The translations under genes and the position numbers were made by a program. Source: Eledone cirrhosa (lineage: Eukaryota). From it: a DNA stretch of 64,000 nt. Numbering within the stretch: position 1 is the stretch's first letter; each line of letters begins with the position of its first letter. Below the pieces are notes generated by a model. That model searched no databases and was not told where the DNA came from. It was given only the letters and a program-made list of their open reading frames with translations. This document shows, piece by piece, positions 26,320 through 39,714 of the stretch. The stretch covers positions 69,874,001-69,938,000 of the forward strand of contig OZ024746.1 of assembly GCA_964016885.1 (NCBI GenBank), given 5' to 3'.

Positions 26320-28090
26320 ATAAATCTACCAAAATATACTGTAGTGTCCAAGAACTCAATGTAATCCAAATATCATGAAAAGAGAAGATGCTATCAAAAA
26401 TTTTCGATGAAAATCATAGGAAAACAGAGTCAAGATAAATTAATAAAAACAATGAAATAAAAACAATTTTACGATTGTTTCTGGGATGTATATGTGTGTT
26501 GGTATGTATATCATATAGATCTATGTAAAAATATTACAAATTATCAGAGGAAATATACATACCTTCACATATAAATGCCGTCTTCAGAAATGATGAGATG
26601 TGTTTATTGAAAAAACCCAAACAAAGATTTAATATAAAAGTTCTGTTTGGGAACAGGTTTTGAATTGACCAATAGAAAAGTAGTTAGAGGTCAAGTTGAT
26701 AGAATAGTAGTAGTAGAAATTTAATTTAGGGGTAGAGGATTGCAGACTTATGTTTTGAATGAAAAGAATACTTTGGGGATGAAAACAGGTCAAACCAGTG
26801 AAGGGTACACGAAAATTTGATGTTATTAAAGAATCATGCTAAAAACGAAGGAAAATAAAATTTTAATGTAAGGGTATTAGTGAGAAATACCAATCTTATT
26901 TAAACCACAAGGCATCTAGATCTATACCAAGAAATTAAATTAATTGATAGGCATACTTGTAGGGATAAAGCTATATTAATTCATATGAATGTGATAAATA
27001 AGAATTAGATGTTATTAAAGAGTGTTGTTAAAAACGAAGGAAAGTAAAATTTTGGGATACGGGTAGTAGTGAGAAATACTAATCTTATTTAAACTACAAG
27101 GAATCTAGATACATAACAGGAAATTAAATTAATTTATAGGTATACTTTTAGGTATTAATTTTAGGAAAAGAGAGCTGTAAGAGGGAAATAAAATTATGAA
27201 GTTCTCTGTAGTAAAATACTAATTATAGGTTAACTAAATAAAAAAAAAACTAATTATAATAATATGTAAAATATAAGAGTAAGGTGTATATTAATTAGGT
27301 TTATAATATTTGAAGGTTCTTCTAATTCTATGATTGCAATATATAATTAATCCCTGTCGCTTATTTAATAGGATATCCTTAGATTTCATGATTTCAAAAA
27401 GTTCCCGGGAGCATAACCTACACTTGTATCTGTTATTTTGATAAGGGGTGGCCCTTTTGAGCACGCTCCAGGTCAGGTTGTAATCGATATTCTTGTTTCT
27501 ATAATTATTAATTGTTTCAGCCAAGGATGTTGTATTAGCTAATGCGGCATTTTTAAAACTATGTTTGTGGGTATTAAATCTTACTTTAAATTGGTTAGAC
27601 GTAGCTCCTATGTATGAATAAGTGGAGTCCTTAGTGTTAATTTTACATTTATAGACTATGTTATTAATAAGACAATTTCCCTTTAATGGGCAATTTCTTT
27701 TGATTCTACAGTTACAACAATTCGTGAACATTATATCAGGGGAGTTAGTCAAATTTGGTGTGGAATTTACTCGACTTGTTATAGGTGAAGGAGATGGTGG
27801 TTTGTTGCGGTTTATTTTAGTATTATGGTAGGTTTGATGTGTTGGTGGTATATTTGTGGGTTTTTTACACTTATATGCGTTGTACGCACTTATATTCTGT
27901 TGTATATTTTTGGTATTGGAGTAGGAAAATTTGACAGTTGATCTATTTAAAATTTGATGGCATTTATGGTTTGGTGGGAAGTTTTTCTCTAACATAGTAA
28001 ACATTTTTTGGGGGATATTGTCTTTAATTTGTAGATTAAATGGAGCATTATACCAAGTAACCTGTCTATTACGGTTTCGATAATAGAATA
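26320..28090 (-). mobile_element. Penelope-like element 3' part: linker + GIY-YIG endonuclease + 3' UTR
   Basis: VTWYNAPF, KFSYS, CNCR....CPLKGNCL, IVYKC, YIGAT, CRLC..E and LLNKR..C.HR in ORF 27291..28187 (its N-terminus is microsatellite). Confidence 0.88.
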
Positions 28091-28200
28091 TATGTATGCA
28101 TGTATTTGTGTGTGTATGTATGTTTGTATGTATATGTAAGTGTGTATATATGTATGTATGTATTTGTGTATGTATATATGTATGCAAGTGTGTATATATG

Positions 28201-29571
28201 TTCTTCTGGTTTTATAATTTCACAAAGTTTTACCAATAGAGAGAGAGTCGGTTTCTAACATAGACACAATACTCTCTCATTGGAATTTACACAACATCAA
28301 CTAGGTAGATATGTATGTATGCATGCATGTGTAGATATGGATGTTATTGTATGTGTGGATGTGTATGTTTTGAGTTGTATGTGTGCATGTGTATATGCTT
28401 TGTATCTGTACATGTGTTTATGCAGTTATTAGATGCAACATTTTTAGAATGTTTTACATATTTTTACTGTTCCATTAATGGATTGTACTTGTAGTTTCCT
28501 AACTAGTTGTGTTCTTTCTGTTCCTGTGAAGCCTAGCTTCTCAAGATTTGTATTGAGGCAGTTACTAACATATCCCAGTGCCCCAATAATCACAGGCATA
28601 AATCTGAAGGTGTAATCAGGGTGGAGTATCTGCAGATTTATCATCAGTTCTGCATAAATATTCTCCTTTTCACTAACCTTTGATATTATATTGGCATCTG
28701 CTGGGCAGCTAATTTCCACTACTGTGCATGTTTTCTTCTCCCTGTCCCATATCATAATATCTGGTCTGTTATGCCTGCATTTTATTGGAGTTTTTACAGG
28801 AACATTCCACCAGTACTTTTTTATATTATGTACATAGATGTCTTCCACATTGTTGTAGCTTTTAATGTGTTTATTATCGGGACTATCTTTTTTACGAACT
28901 GCATTGTACAGTGTTTTGACCACTACATCATGCCTCATAGGTAGACAGCTGCTGATGACATGGGTGATATCATCGATGTTAGTTCTGTAGAGTCTGCACT
29001 TGTTATCACATCTAGGTGTTTTGCCTGCATCCCTATCTCTTTTGTGAATCAGGTATTTCGTGTTAATCTCCTGTTCTTGGATTACAAAAGCGTATCCTTC
29101 AAAGTGGGAGCCAATATAGCGGTTGTTTGTCCAATATAGACTACTTTCCTTATCTATATTACTCTCACTCTGGAGCTTCCTGGCAACATATCCATGCATG
29201 ATTTTTTGCTGATAGGCATGCAGTTTTTCATCCATGGATTCACTGCGATACTGCTGAGCGACATCTCTGGGTGTGAGTTTTTGATTATCACACAGGGAAT
29301 ATCTCTCAAAGAGTTCCTTCCCAACTCTCATGATCTTATCTATTTCATGCAGATAGACTTGCTCGAGAAGCGGGCTCCTACGCTTCGAGGTTCGTAGATG
29401 TTGTCGGAGAGATATGATGCGACATTCAAATGTTGTCTGGACTGATGTTAGGCCTCTGCCTCCCTGCTTACGTTTCAAGTAAAGGCGGTCTATGTCACTG
29501 TTGATGTGGAAGTTTCCGGTGTTGTTCAGTATTTTTCGAGTTCCAACATCAACTGCTCGGATTTCGTCTAT
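28201..29571 (-). mobile_element. R4/Dong-like RLE LINE, third family, 5'-truncated, in (CATA)n
   Basis: RLYLKRKQGGRGL, QEQEINT, RHD, RPDIMIWD, VEISCP and PVIIGALG; both flanks are (TATG)n-type repeats. Confidence 0.88.
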
Positions 29572-29778
29572 CGTATGTATGTATTTGTGTATGTATGTAA
29601 GTGTGTATATATCTATGTATGTATTTGTGTATGTATGTATGCATGTATGTAAGTGTATACGTGTGTATGTATGTATGCATGTATGTATGTTTGTATGTGA
29701 GTGTATGTATGTATGTATGTATGTATGTATGTATGTATGTATGTATGTATGTATGTATGTATGTATGTATGTATGTAT

Positions 29779-30143
29779 GAAGGAAAACTCTGATATAACA
29801 CCTGCAACCCTGATGGTATCCAATGATGTTGACTTGTTCTTCTTTTTGGTAAACATCATCTTGGTTAAGAGAGTGGGACTGGCTTTGTGCAGTGCCTTTG
29901 CTCACTATAAAAGCTTCACGGCACAGGCATTGCTTTATATCTAGAGATCTCTCTGCACTTGTCGCCACAGGGTACCATGGGCCAAGCACTATGTGTCAAT
30001 AATTGTCACATGTGTAGTGTTTGTACCAGAGTTTTCAAGTCGCTGGCTGGACTAAAAAGTCACACTTCTTCAGCGCATCGGTAGGGGTTCTTCTACATGG
30101 ATATAAAGTAGTGGCCGTACTCGAAAACGAGTTGGCAGCCACC
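29779..30143 (+). mobile_element. RTE-like LINE 3' fragment with terminal C2H2 finger and (GTAT)n tail
   Basis: HMCSVCTRVFKSLAGLKSHTSSAHR* at 30007-30084, short 3' UTR, flanked by (TATG)n. Confidence 0.6.
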
Positions 30144-30200
30144 ATGTATGTATGTGAATGTATGTATGTATGTATGTATGTATGTATGTATGTATGTATG

Positions 30201-30231
<31 letters not shown>

Positions 30232-30363
30232 GTGTATTTATGTATGTATATACAGGAATACAACATAGAAGCAGTAAAAATGTGAAAGTGAAAGTAGGCG
30301 ATAAATAAAATGGACGACAGATGACTGATCTGACAGTATAAGCTATCACTAGCGACTGCTATT

Positions 30364-30377
30364 GTCACTATGGAAAC
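30364..30377. promoter_or_regulatory. RFX X-box-like motif
   Basis: GTCACTATGGAAAC fits the X-box consensus GTHNYYATRRNAAC and lies in a non-repetitive patch. Confidence 0.3.
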
Positions 30378-30469
30378 AGAGGCGCCACTGAAAAGGTCGG
30401 AGGGGAAATCAGAAAACGATCGGAAAACGTGTTAAAACTATAGTTTCTCTTCACCAATGCCTCCCAATC

Positions 30470-30925
30470 ACTTGGACACAAACTGACCAATGTCTTTCTT
30501 CACGATGACACAAACTGACCAATCTTTTTCTTCACGTGGACACAAGCTGACCAATGTCTCTCTTCACGTGGACACAAGCTCGCCACTGTCTCGTTTTACG
30601 TGGGTCCAAACTGACCAATGTCTCTCTTCACGTGGACACAACTGACCAATGTCTCTTTTTACGTGGACACAAACTAACCAATCTTTCTTCACATGCACAC
30701 AAACTGACCTCTGTCTCATTTTACGTGGATCCAAACTGACCAATGTCTCTCTTCACGATGACACAAACTGACCAATCTTTCTTCATGTGGACACAAGCTG
30801 ACCACTGTCTCGTTTTACGTGGATCCAAACTGACCAATCTTTCTTCACGTGAACACATGCCGGCCAATGTCTTTCTTCACATGGACATAATTAGACTAAT
30901 GTTTCCCACAATCACGTGGACACAA
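30470..30925. repeat. Minisatellite, ~30-32 bp unit (cacgtggacacaaactgaccaatgtctctctt), roughly 14 copies
   Basis: Visible tandem repetition with variants. Confidence 0.92.
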
Positions 30926-31004
30926 CTCAGAATGTAAAGGACCGTAACTATGAGTGACAAATCATGTCCGACGCTCCACCGATACTACCAATCCTCCACA
31001 TTAA

Positions 31005-31066
31005 CCGTGATGATGATAAGTAAAACAATAATGGTAGTAGTCATGGCAATGATGATGATAATGATA

Positions 31067-31111
<45 letters not shown>

Positions 31112-31378
31112 GTGGTGATGATGATGGTGATGATGATGATGGTGATGATGGTGATGATGATGATGATAATGATGGTGGTGATGATGATGGTGATAATAGT
31201 GATGATGAGGGTGATGCTGCTGCTGCCGATGATGATGATGACAACGGTGACGATGGTGATGGTGATGGTGATGTCGATGATGATGATATGGAAGCAGACA
31301 ATTATTCCGCTAAATCAGACGAGCGTTAACAATGAAAGCTACTTTGTAGACAAAAAAAAAAGCAACAACAACCCAAAA

Positions 31379-31471
<93 letters not shown>
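31005..31471. repeat. (GAT)n and (GA)n microsatellites
   Basis: Simple repeats. Confidence 0.95.
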
Positions 31472-31474
<3 letters not shown>

Positions 31475-33617
31475 AAATTCAAACAAGCCAAAAAACATCA
31501 CAAAACAACCTGACAGCAGTTTGTTGTGTTCATGTGAACAATTACAAATTCGCACTACAGATACTCACACAACTCTTAAATTACCTCAGAGATGAATTCT
31601 GTCTTATTTCCTTTAGCTGATAGACAATTTTCCATCACGCTCCAATGAGTATTTTTCCTTATCATTCTCTCATCAACAACTTCCTCTGGCTAAACGACCG
31701 GAACCGGATATAACAATGATTGAATTTCATCCGCAATATTAGTTAATAACTTGAATCATTTTAATCTAAAATCTTGCTGGTTCTAACAATATTCCTGTTA
31801 ACATAAAACATGAAATATATAGAAAAATCTTTGTAAAACAGCCAGAGCGTGTTTAATTGCAAAATTCTTGTAGAAATCCTTTCCTGTATGCACAAAGATT
31901 CTTTACAATTTTGGAATAAAATCTTACTTCAAAAGCAAGGAAATGGATTGTTAAAATAATAATAAAAAAAGATCTTGTAATTTCTCGCTGCATTATTTAT
32001 TTTCTTTTATATTGATTTCATTATTACTTTTTTTAAAATTGAAATATTAACATCAAATTTAAACATAAGAATCAATAAAATTTTGAGTGGAATATAATAA
32101 AATACAATTATATATATTCTGTAAATTTTTAAATATATTTAATAGTTCCCTGATACTTTGACTTTTCAAGGGAAGCAATTATTGTTACACGATTTTTAAA
32201 TAACACAATTTCAATATTAATTTAGGTTTAAGGTGGCTAGGGTCATCACTTTCAGACAGAATGTCGCATATTTGAATTACATGTGAAAATATGGAGTCCA
32301 TGAGAACTAAATCGAACATAAACATGAAACGAAGTCTTCAAATATTTCAATAATAGTAATGCAATAAATTTTGTCGGACACTTTAACTATCAAATGGTTT
32401 ATAATTTAGGAACGAGGCCAGACATATTTGGTGTGGTGAGAGGAAAAAGTCGACAAAAATAATTGATTTGTCTGTTATACTAATCTCAGTTCTTTACAGG
32501 TACTTTATTATGTCAATGTCGGAATAATGAAAAGCATGGATGACTTAGGTGGGATTTGAAACCAGAACGTAGGGGCCCATAACGATATAATGTATTGTAT
32601 TTCATCTAAAGCACAAACAATTCGGCCAATCGACCGTCTTTTCATTATTCATAATAACTATTTCCAACACTGGCACACGGCCAACAATTTTGGGGTTGAG
32701 CATAGTCGATTATATCAACCACAATATTTAACTGGTTCTTTATTTTATCGACCCAGAAGGCTGAAAAGCAAAGTTGATCTCGGCGGGATTTTAATGGTAG
32801 GAGTTCCAGTCCTATCATATTGTTATTGTTGTCACAGCTCATACTTATGCAGAGTTAACTGACCTTTCTACAAGGTTGTATCTCATTGGAGGCTTCCCAG
32901 TTCTACCATGAAAAGCAGCATAAAATTAAGTGTCTTGCACAAAAAAAAAAGAGCATAATGTGCTGCCCAGTCTAGGAATCGAATCCAGGACTTTATGATC
33001 TTGAATCCAGCACTCTAACCACTAGGCCACTGTTTTCCTGCATTTTTATTGCCAAAATCTATTAATCTGCATTAAAGACAGTCGTGTTTCAATAATAGTT
33101 TTCTAATCACAATATCCCTATTTTTATTATTCAAATTAATAATTCGAGATGTCACTAATTTTAAGTAGAAATATCATATTTTCTGCTGTAAAATAGCAAT
33201 TCTCAAAACAAATTTGCATTTTCCATTTACTCGTTTTATTTTTTTCTTATTTTTCTTTGCGGTGTTTTATTTTACTCAGGTTCAACAAGAATTCAGAAGA
33301 TTAATAGATACTCGTATATCAAAAGTTGACTCTAAATATCACCGCCTTCATTCTCAATGTTACATTTTTTTTTTCCGTCTCTTTTGTTTGTTTGTTTTTT
33401 CGACCGAAGTTTAAACATGTAAAGAGGGTTAATCATGACATCAAATTAATCACCGAATAACATTGTTGTTCTTGTGTCTGTGTGTGTGTAGGTGTTTTTG
33501 GTTGTTGTTTTTAAAATTTCTAAACAATATTTAAACAATTCAACACGAAATTTAATTAAACCAAACATGTGATGACAGGTTTTGGGAGGCATTGATAGTA
33601 TGAGGAATAAAGTGTCT

Positions 33618-34790
33618 TGTTGTTGTTGTGGTTGTTGTTGTTGTTGTAATTGATGTTGTGATTGTTGGTGCTATGATTGAGGTTGTTGTGACTGATGTTG
33701 TTGTGGTTGTTGTTGTTGTTGTGACTGATGTTGTGATTGTTGTTGTTGTGGTTGTTGTTGTGGTTGGTGTTGTGGTTGATGTTGTTGTGGTTGGTGTTGT
33801 TGTTGTGGTTGTTGTTGTTGTGGTTGTTGTTGTGACTGATGTTGTTGTGGTTGTTGTTGTAATTGATGTTGTGATTGTTGGTGCTATGATTGAGGTTGTT
33901 GTGACTGATGTTGTTGTGGTTGTTGTTGTTGTGACTGATGTTGTGATTGTTGTTGTTGTGGTTGTTGTTGTGGTTGGTGTTGTGGTTGATGTTGTTGTGG
34001 TTGTGGTTGTTGTGATTGTTGTTGTGGTTGTTGTTGTGTTTATTGTTGTTATTGTCGTTGTTGTTGTTGTGATTGTTGTGGTTGTTATTGTTATTGTCGT
34101 TGTTGTTGTTGTGATTGTTGTGGTTGTTGTTGTGATTGTTGTGGTTGTTGTTGTTATTGTCGTTGTTGTTGTTGTGATTGTTGTGGTTGTTGTTGTTATT
34201 GTCGTTGTTGTTGTTGTGATTGTTGTTGTTGTTGTGATTGTTGTTGTTGATGTTGTGATTGTTGTTGTCGTTGTTGTTGTGATTGTTGTTGTTGTTATTG
34301 TGATTGATGTTGTGTGGTTGTTGTTGTGGTTGTTATTGTCGTTGTTGTGGTTGTGGTTGTTGTTGTGATTGTTGTTGTTGTGGTTGTGGTTGTTGTGGTT
34401 GTGGTTGTGGTTGTTGTGGTTGTTGTTGTGATTGTTGTTGTTGTGGTTGTGGTTGTTGTTGTTGTTGTTTTTGTTGTGATTGTTGTTGTTGTTGTGATTG
34501 TTGTTGTTGTTGTTGTTGTTGTTGTGGTTGTTGTTGTTGTTGTTGTGGTTGTTGTTGTGGTTATTTTTGTGATTGTTGTTGTTGTGGTTGTTGTGATTAT
34601 TGTTGTTATTGTCGTTGTTGTTGTTATTATCGTTGTTGTTGTTATCGTTGTTGTTGTGATTGTTGTGGTTGTTGTTGTTATTGTCGTTGTTGTTGTTATG
34701 GTTGTTGTTGTGACTGATGTTTTAGTGATAGATGTTGTTGTGACTGATGTTGTGATTGTCGGTGCTGTGATTGATGTTATTGTCGCAGTG
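33618..34790. repeat. Degenerate (GTT/GTG)n low-complexity tract
   Basis: Poly-Val/Thr/Cys pseudo-ORFs. Confidence 0.95.
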
Positions 34791-34919
34791 GGTCGCAACT
34801 AATACCGAAGTATTTCTAATTCAACGCTCCACCGATTCTGCCAATTCGCCGCCTTTCAAGCTGGAGACCTTTCCCAAATATTCGAAATAGAGTAGGTTAG
34901 TTGTTTCCAATGCTGGAAA

Positions 34920-35500
34920 TCTTTATCGGTAGAGAGTCGAACGCCATGCTTTGCAGCATAGAGTTCCGACCCTTTACCGTTTGAGTTCAAATCCCGCCGA
35001 AGTAAACTTTGCCTTTCATTCTTACGGGGTCGATAAAATAAAGTACCAGTAATGCACTGGGATAATTGCTGGCCTTGTGCCAAAAGTAGAAACAATTATT
35101 ATGTTGGACAACATTCTTTGCGGCATAAAGTTACGTCCCTTTAGCGTCCATTCTGAGTTCAAATCTCATCGGGGTTAGCTTTGTCTTTCATCTTTACGGG
35201 GTCGATAAAATAAAGCACCAGTAACGTACTGGGGTCGATTTAATCGTACCCCCGCCCCCGAATTACTGGCCTTGTGCCTATAGTAGACATCATTATTTTG
35301 TTGGACAACATGGTTTTGCGGCATATAGTTACTTCCCTTTACTGTCCGTTCTGTGTTCAAATCTCACCGAGGTTAACTCTGTCTTTCATCTTTACGGGGT
35401 CGATAAAATAAAGTACCAGTAATGCACTGGTGTCAATTTTATCAACTTTCCCCTCTTCCAAAAGTTGTTGGCTTTGTACTTAGATCAGAAACTATTATTA
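34920..35500 (+). mobile_element. Three tandem SINE copies
   Basis: Repeated B-box, core and tail. Confidence 0.88.
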
Positions 35501-35846
35501 TTGATTTTTAACTGTGACAAACACCATGCTTTGTTTTTTTTCCGTTCAGACACGTCCTATTAAAGACACCACAAATATTTGAATTTTACCTTTTTTAAAT
35601 TAGGTTTTCCTATGAAAACTTTGCAGCTTGTTTGGAACAAGAAAGTTTCTAAATCCATAATGTAATCAACATTTCCAGACTGTTGACGACGTAAATTTCA
35701 TAAATGTCGTTTAAAGAATACAAAGAAGCAATAAAAATAACTCCAAAGCACCCGAGGGTAAGCTGAAAAAACTCTCAAGGTAATATGAAAAAAAAAAAAA
35801 AAATCTGACAAAAAAGTTAAAACTCGACCATAGTTGTATCTTTGAT

Positions 35847-35965
<119 letters not shown>

Positions 35966-35976
35966 TCACACACAGA

Positions 35977-36008
<32 letters not shown>

Positions 36009-36208
36009 TACACACATACAAACGCACGCATACATACACACAAGTATGTATGTATAGATGGATGGATAGATGTGTGCATATATATATATATATAGTTTTA
36101 ATATAGATGAGATTCTACAAGACTAGAACTGTTTCATTCTTTAGAAACCATCAGGAATCTGGGTATAAAAAAAAAAAAAAAAATATATATACATACAAAC
36201 ATATATAT

Positions 36209-36420
36209 GGAGGCACGTGGCCTAATGGTAAGGGTGTTGCACTTACAGTCATAATGTCGTGGTTTCGATTCCTGGGTTGCGTGATGTGTTCTTGAGCAAA
36301 ACACTTTCTCGTTGCTCCAGTATACTCAGCTGAAAAAACGTACCCGCAATAGCTGGGGGTTTAATCCTGCGATGGACTGGCGTCTTGTCTAGTAGGGAGT
36401 CTTGAACTCCCCAGAAATCA
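36209..36420 (+). mobile_element. Second tRNA-derived SINE family (related copies ~32800-33030 -, 39430-39700 +, 46450-46695 -, 51690-51800 +)
   Basis: gtggcctaatggtaag A-box, ggtttcgattcc B-box, gtgttcttgagcaaaacactt motif. Confidence 0.65.
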
Positions 36421-36706
36421 GTTCAGTCGGAATACATCGATGATTGTTGGACACGATAATTGGCGATAGTCCCCGGTGATTTCGCATAGGTACGGCTTTC
36501 TAAATGTTTATTTATAAATATGCCGTATTTCTTTAGAAATACGAAATTCCAATACATATCAAGTTATGCTTGAAGCTAAATTCTAATCCCCGCCGTCTCT
36601 CGATGTATATGATGCCAACAGGAATGGACCTGTTATTGTTATCTAAAGACATTTTTTTCCAAATCCAACCCGCCCGTCCCTTCAATCTATCTTATTTCTC
36701 ATTCTT

Positions 36707-36742
36707 TCTTCTGATGAAGGACTAGCGTCCGAAACATTAAGA
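36707..36742 (+). ncRNA. Minimal type I hammerhead (family C)
   Basis: TCTT-CTGATGA-A-GGAC tagc GTCC-GAAA-CATT-AAGA; stem III mutated relative to the copy at 51427. Confidence 0.6.
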
Positions 36743-36845
36743 CCCTCTTTTGCTATTTCAAGCGTCAAGCTTCTATATTCCTTCTATATATTGTACCGAT
36801 GTGTTGTTATTTCTGTTTACCTTTTACACACACACTACACACGCA

Positions 36846-36912
<67 letters not shown>

Positions 36913-36980
36913 CACACACAGACACACACACACAGACACACACAGACACACACACACATATATATATGTGTGTATGTATG

Positions 36981-37044
<64 letters not shown>

Positions 37045-37476
37045 CTCGCCATTACTGTGTAATCACGTGATTATATCGATAATGCTCCCGACTAGAAAGA
37101 AAAAGAAAAACAAAAATATCTTTTTTATATCACCATTTTCATTCGTTACTTCACAGACATTTAACAATGTGTCGCCGCCACAATATCCCTCCGCACCCAC
37201 CTCTGGACATTATTTTAATCTCTAACCCACTAACATTTGCCAATGATCGTGGAACAAGATTCTTAGAGCATGGTCGAAAGTTATTGATTCCTCTGTAAAT
37301 AATCATTGGAAAAAATCTCCTAGACTATTTGGAACTTCAAAGGGAAAGTCCAAACCTTTCTCTGTTGTTTACAGAATTTTTACCGAATTTTTACGTTCTA
37401 AGTCAGAGATAATGTACTCCCGATATCTCGCGGATCTACTTATTTTACCACGAGATCTCGTTTATATTGGTAACGC

Positions 37477-37519
37477 GCACAAACACACACACACACCTGC
37501 GCACACACACACGCGCACG

Positions 37520-37556
<37 letters not shown>

Positions 37557-37645
37557 GCGCGCGCACACACACACACACACGCACGCACACACACACACAC
37601 ACGCACGCACGCACACACACACACCTGCGCACACACACACACACA

Positions 37646-37694
<49 letters not shown>

Positions 37695-37737
37695 GCACAC
37701 ACATACACACACGCGCACGCTCACACACACACACACC

Positions 37738-37770
<33 letters not shown>

Positions 37771-37928
37771 CTGCGCACACACACACACACACACACGCAC
37801 GCACACACACACACACACACCTGCGCACACACACACACACACATACACGCACGCACGCACACACACACACACACACACGCACGCACACACACACACACAC
37901 ATACACGCACGCACGCACACACACACAC

Positions 37929-37965
<37 letters not shown>

Positions 37966-38038
37966 CACGCACGCACACACACACACACACGCACGCACAC
38001 ACACACACACATACACGCACGCACGCACACACACACAC

Positions 38039-38090
<52 letters not shown>

Positions 38091-38183
38091 GCACGCACAC
38101 ACACACACACACACACACGCACGCACACACACACACACACACATACACGCACGCACGCATACACACACACACACACACACATA
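37477..38183. repeat. Compound (CA)n/(CG) microsatellite
   Basis: About 700 bp of alternating purine-pyrimidine repeat. Confidence 0.97.
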
Positions 38184-38526
38184 CGCCGGAAAGGAAACAA
38201 ATATTGATTGAAGAGTATAAATGTTGTTTCATCATCATCATTATTATCCACATCATCATCATCATCATCATCATCATCTTCCTCATAGTTATCGTCTTCC
38301 TCCTCCTCCTCCTTCGCTTATCCCCATCGTCAACACCCAACTATCATCATAATTATTACTATTATCATCATCATTTATCGTCATCACCAATTGGTAACGC
38401 GTTAACAAACGATGCAGCAACACACGCGCACACACACACAAGCGAGACAGCAACACGCGCGCACACACACACACAGTAGCATTCCACCATACGAACATAC
38501 TACACTTATTATATTTCCACAATGTA

Positions 38527-38720
38527 GGGCGGTGAATTGGCAGTATCGGTAGAGGGTTGGACGCCATGCTTTCTAGCATAGTTACGTCCCTTTACAGTCT
38601 GAGTTCAAATCCAGCCGAGGTTAACTTTGCCGTTCATCCTTACGGGGTCGATAAAATAAAGTACCAGTAATGTACTGGGTTATTGCTGGCCTTGTGCCTA
38701 AAGTAGAAACAATTATTATT
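38527..38720 (+). mobile_element. tRNA-derived SINE, full copy
   Basis: ggcggtgaattggcagtatcgg...gagttcaaatcc...agaaacaattattatt. Confidence 0.9.
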
Positions 38721-38978
38721 CCACAATGCTTCAAGCAAACTTCAATACTCTCATATATATATATATATATATATAAGTATGTATACGTACATACATATAT
38801 GTATACAGACATACAGTAGTATGTATATATATACATACATGCACACATATATATATGTACGTATGGATTCACCGAACATTTATTATAATGCTCGGTGTGT
38901 TTGTAAACAAACATCCCGAATTAAGCCGTACAGTGTCTAACAACCATCGTTGCTCATTTGTTCAACCCTGACAAAGGA

Positions 38979-39021
38979 ACGCTGTACTAGTTTCAAGCTT
39001 ATTAGCTATCGTCAGCAACGT
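38979..39021 (-). ncRNA. Minimal type I hammerhead (family D)
   Basis: ACGTTG-CTGACGA-T-AGCT aata AGCT-T-GAAA-CTAG-TA-CAGCGT. Confidence 0.7.
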
Positions 39022-39190
39022 ATACCTTCCTGCCGGATGATTGAACGTCTGAAAGTATATACTTTCCTTATGCATATTAAAGGCCGAGCAGCCTAATTTG
39101 CATATCGAGTGAGTTAATCGGCTGGGGTACCGAAAACGATAAACGGAAAAAATGAAACGAAATTTCATGAAATTTCGTTTCATTTTTTCC

Positions 39191-39232
<42 letters not shown>

Positions 39233-39262
39233 CATATATGTATACCGAAGATTGATTTAATG

Positions 39263-39298
<36 letters not shown>

Positions 39299-39714
39299 CA
39301 TTAAATCAATCTTCAGCCCTTTCTTAATATTTTCCTATATAATGGTTTTGATGATAACGGTGGTGGTTGTAGTGGTGTGTTATCATATGTGTAACATTGA
39401 TCAATTTACCTGTAATATAGATCAGTGAACGCATGTGAGTGATCTCAATACCCGGTGCCGCGTTGTATACTTGAGTAAGACACTTTACTTCATGTAGTTG
39501 CCGTACCACCTAGAGCAAATGGGCTGTATCTGTAATTCGAAGGTCCATCCTTGTCACATACTATTTCACACTGAATCTCCCCGAAAACTACGTTAAGAAT
39601 ACACCTGAGTGTGCCGCTCAACCATTTGCACGGCAATGTTATGGGCAGACATTTCTGTTGATCGAATGAACTGGAACATTCGTCGTCAGAACCGACGTAG
39701 GTCGATTATTAGAG

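Noticed and set aside
26455-26592. CTGAAGA...GAAACAAT/ATTGTT on the minus strand downstream of a PLE ORF
   Set aside because: Stems II and III are plausible but stem I cannot form; at best a decayed ribozyme.
30470-30925. ~32-bp repeats resembling a CRISPR array
   Set aside because: Contiguous tandem units with no unique spacers, eukaryotic context and no cas genes.
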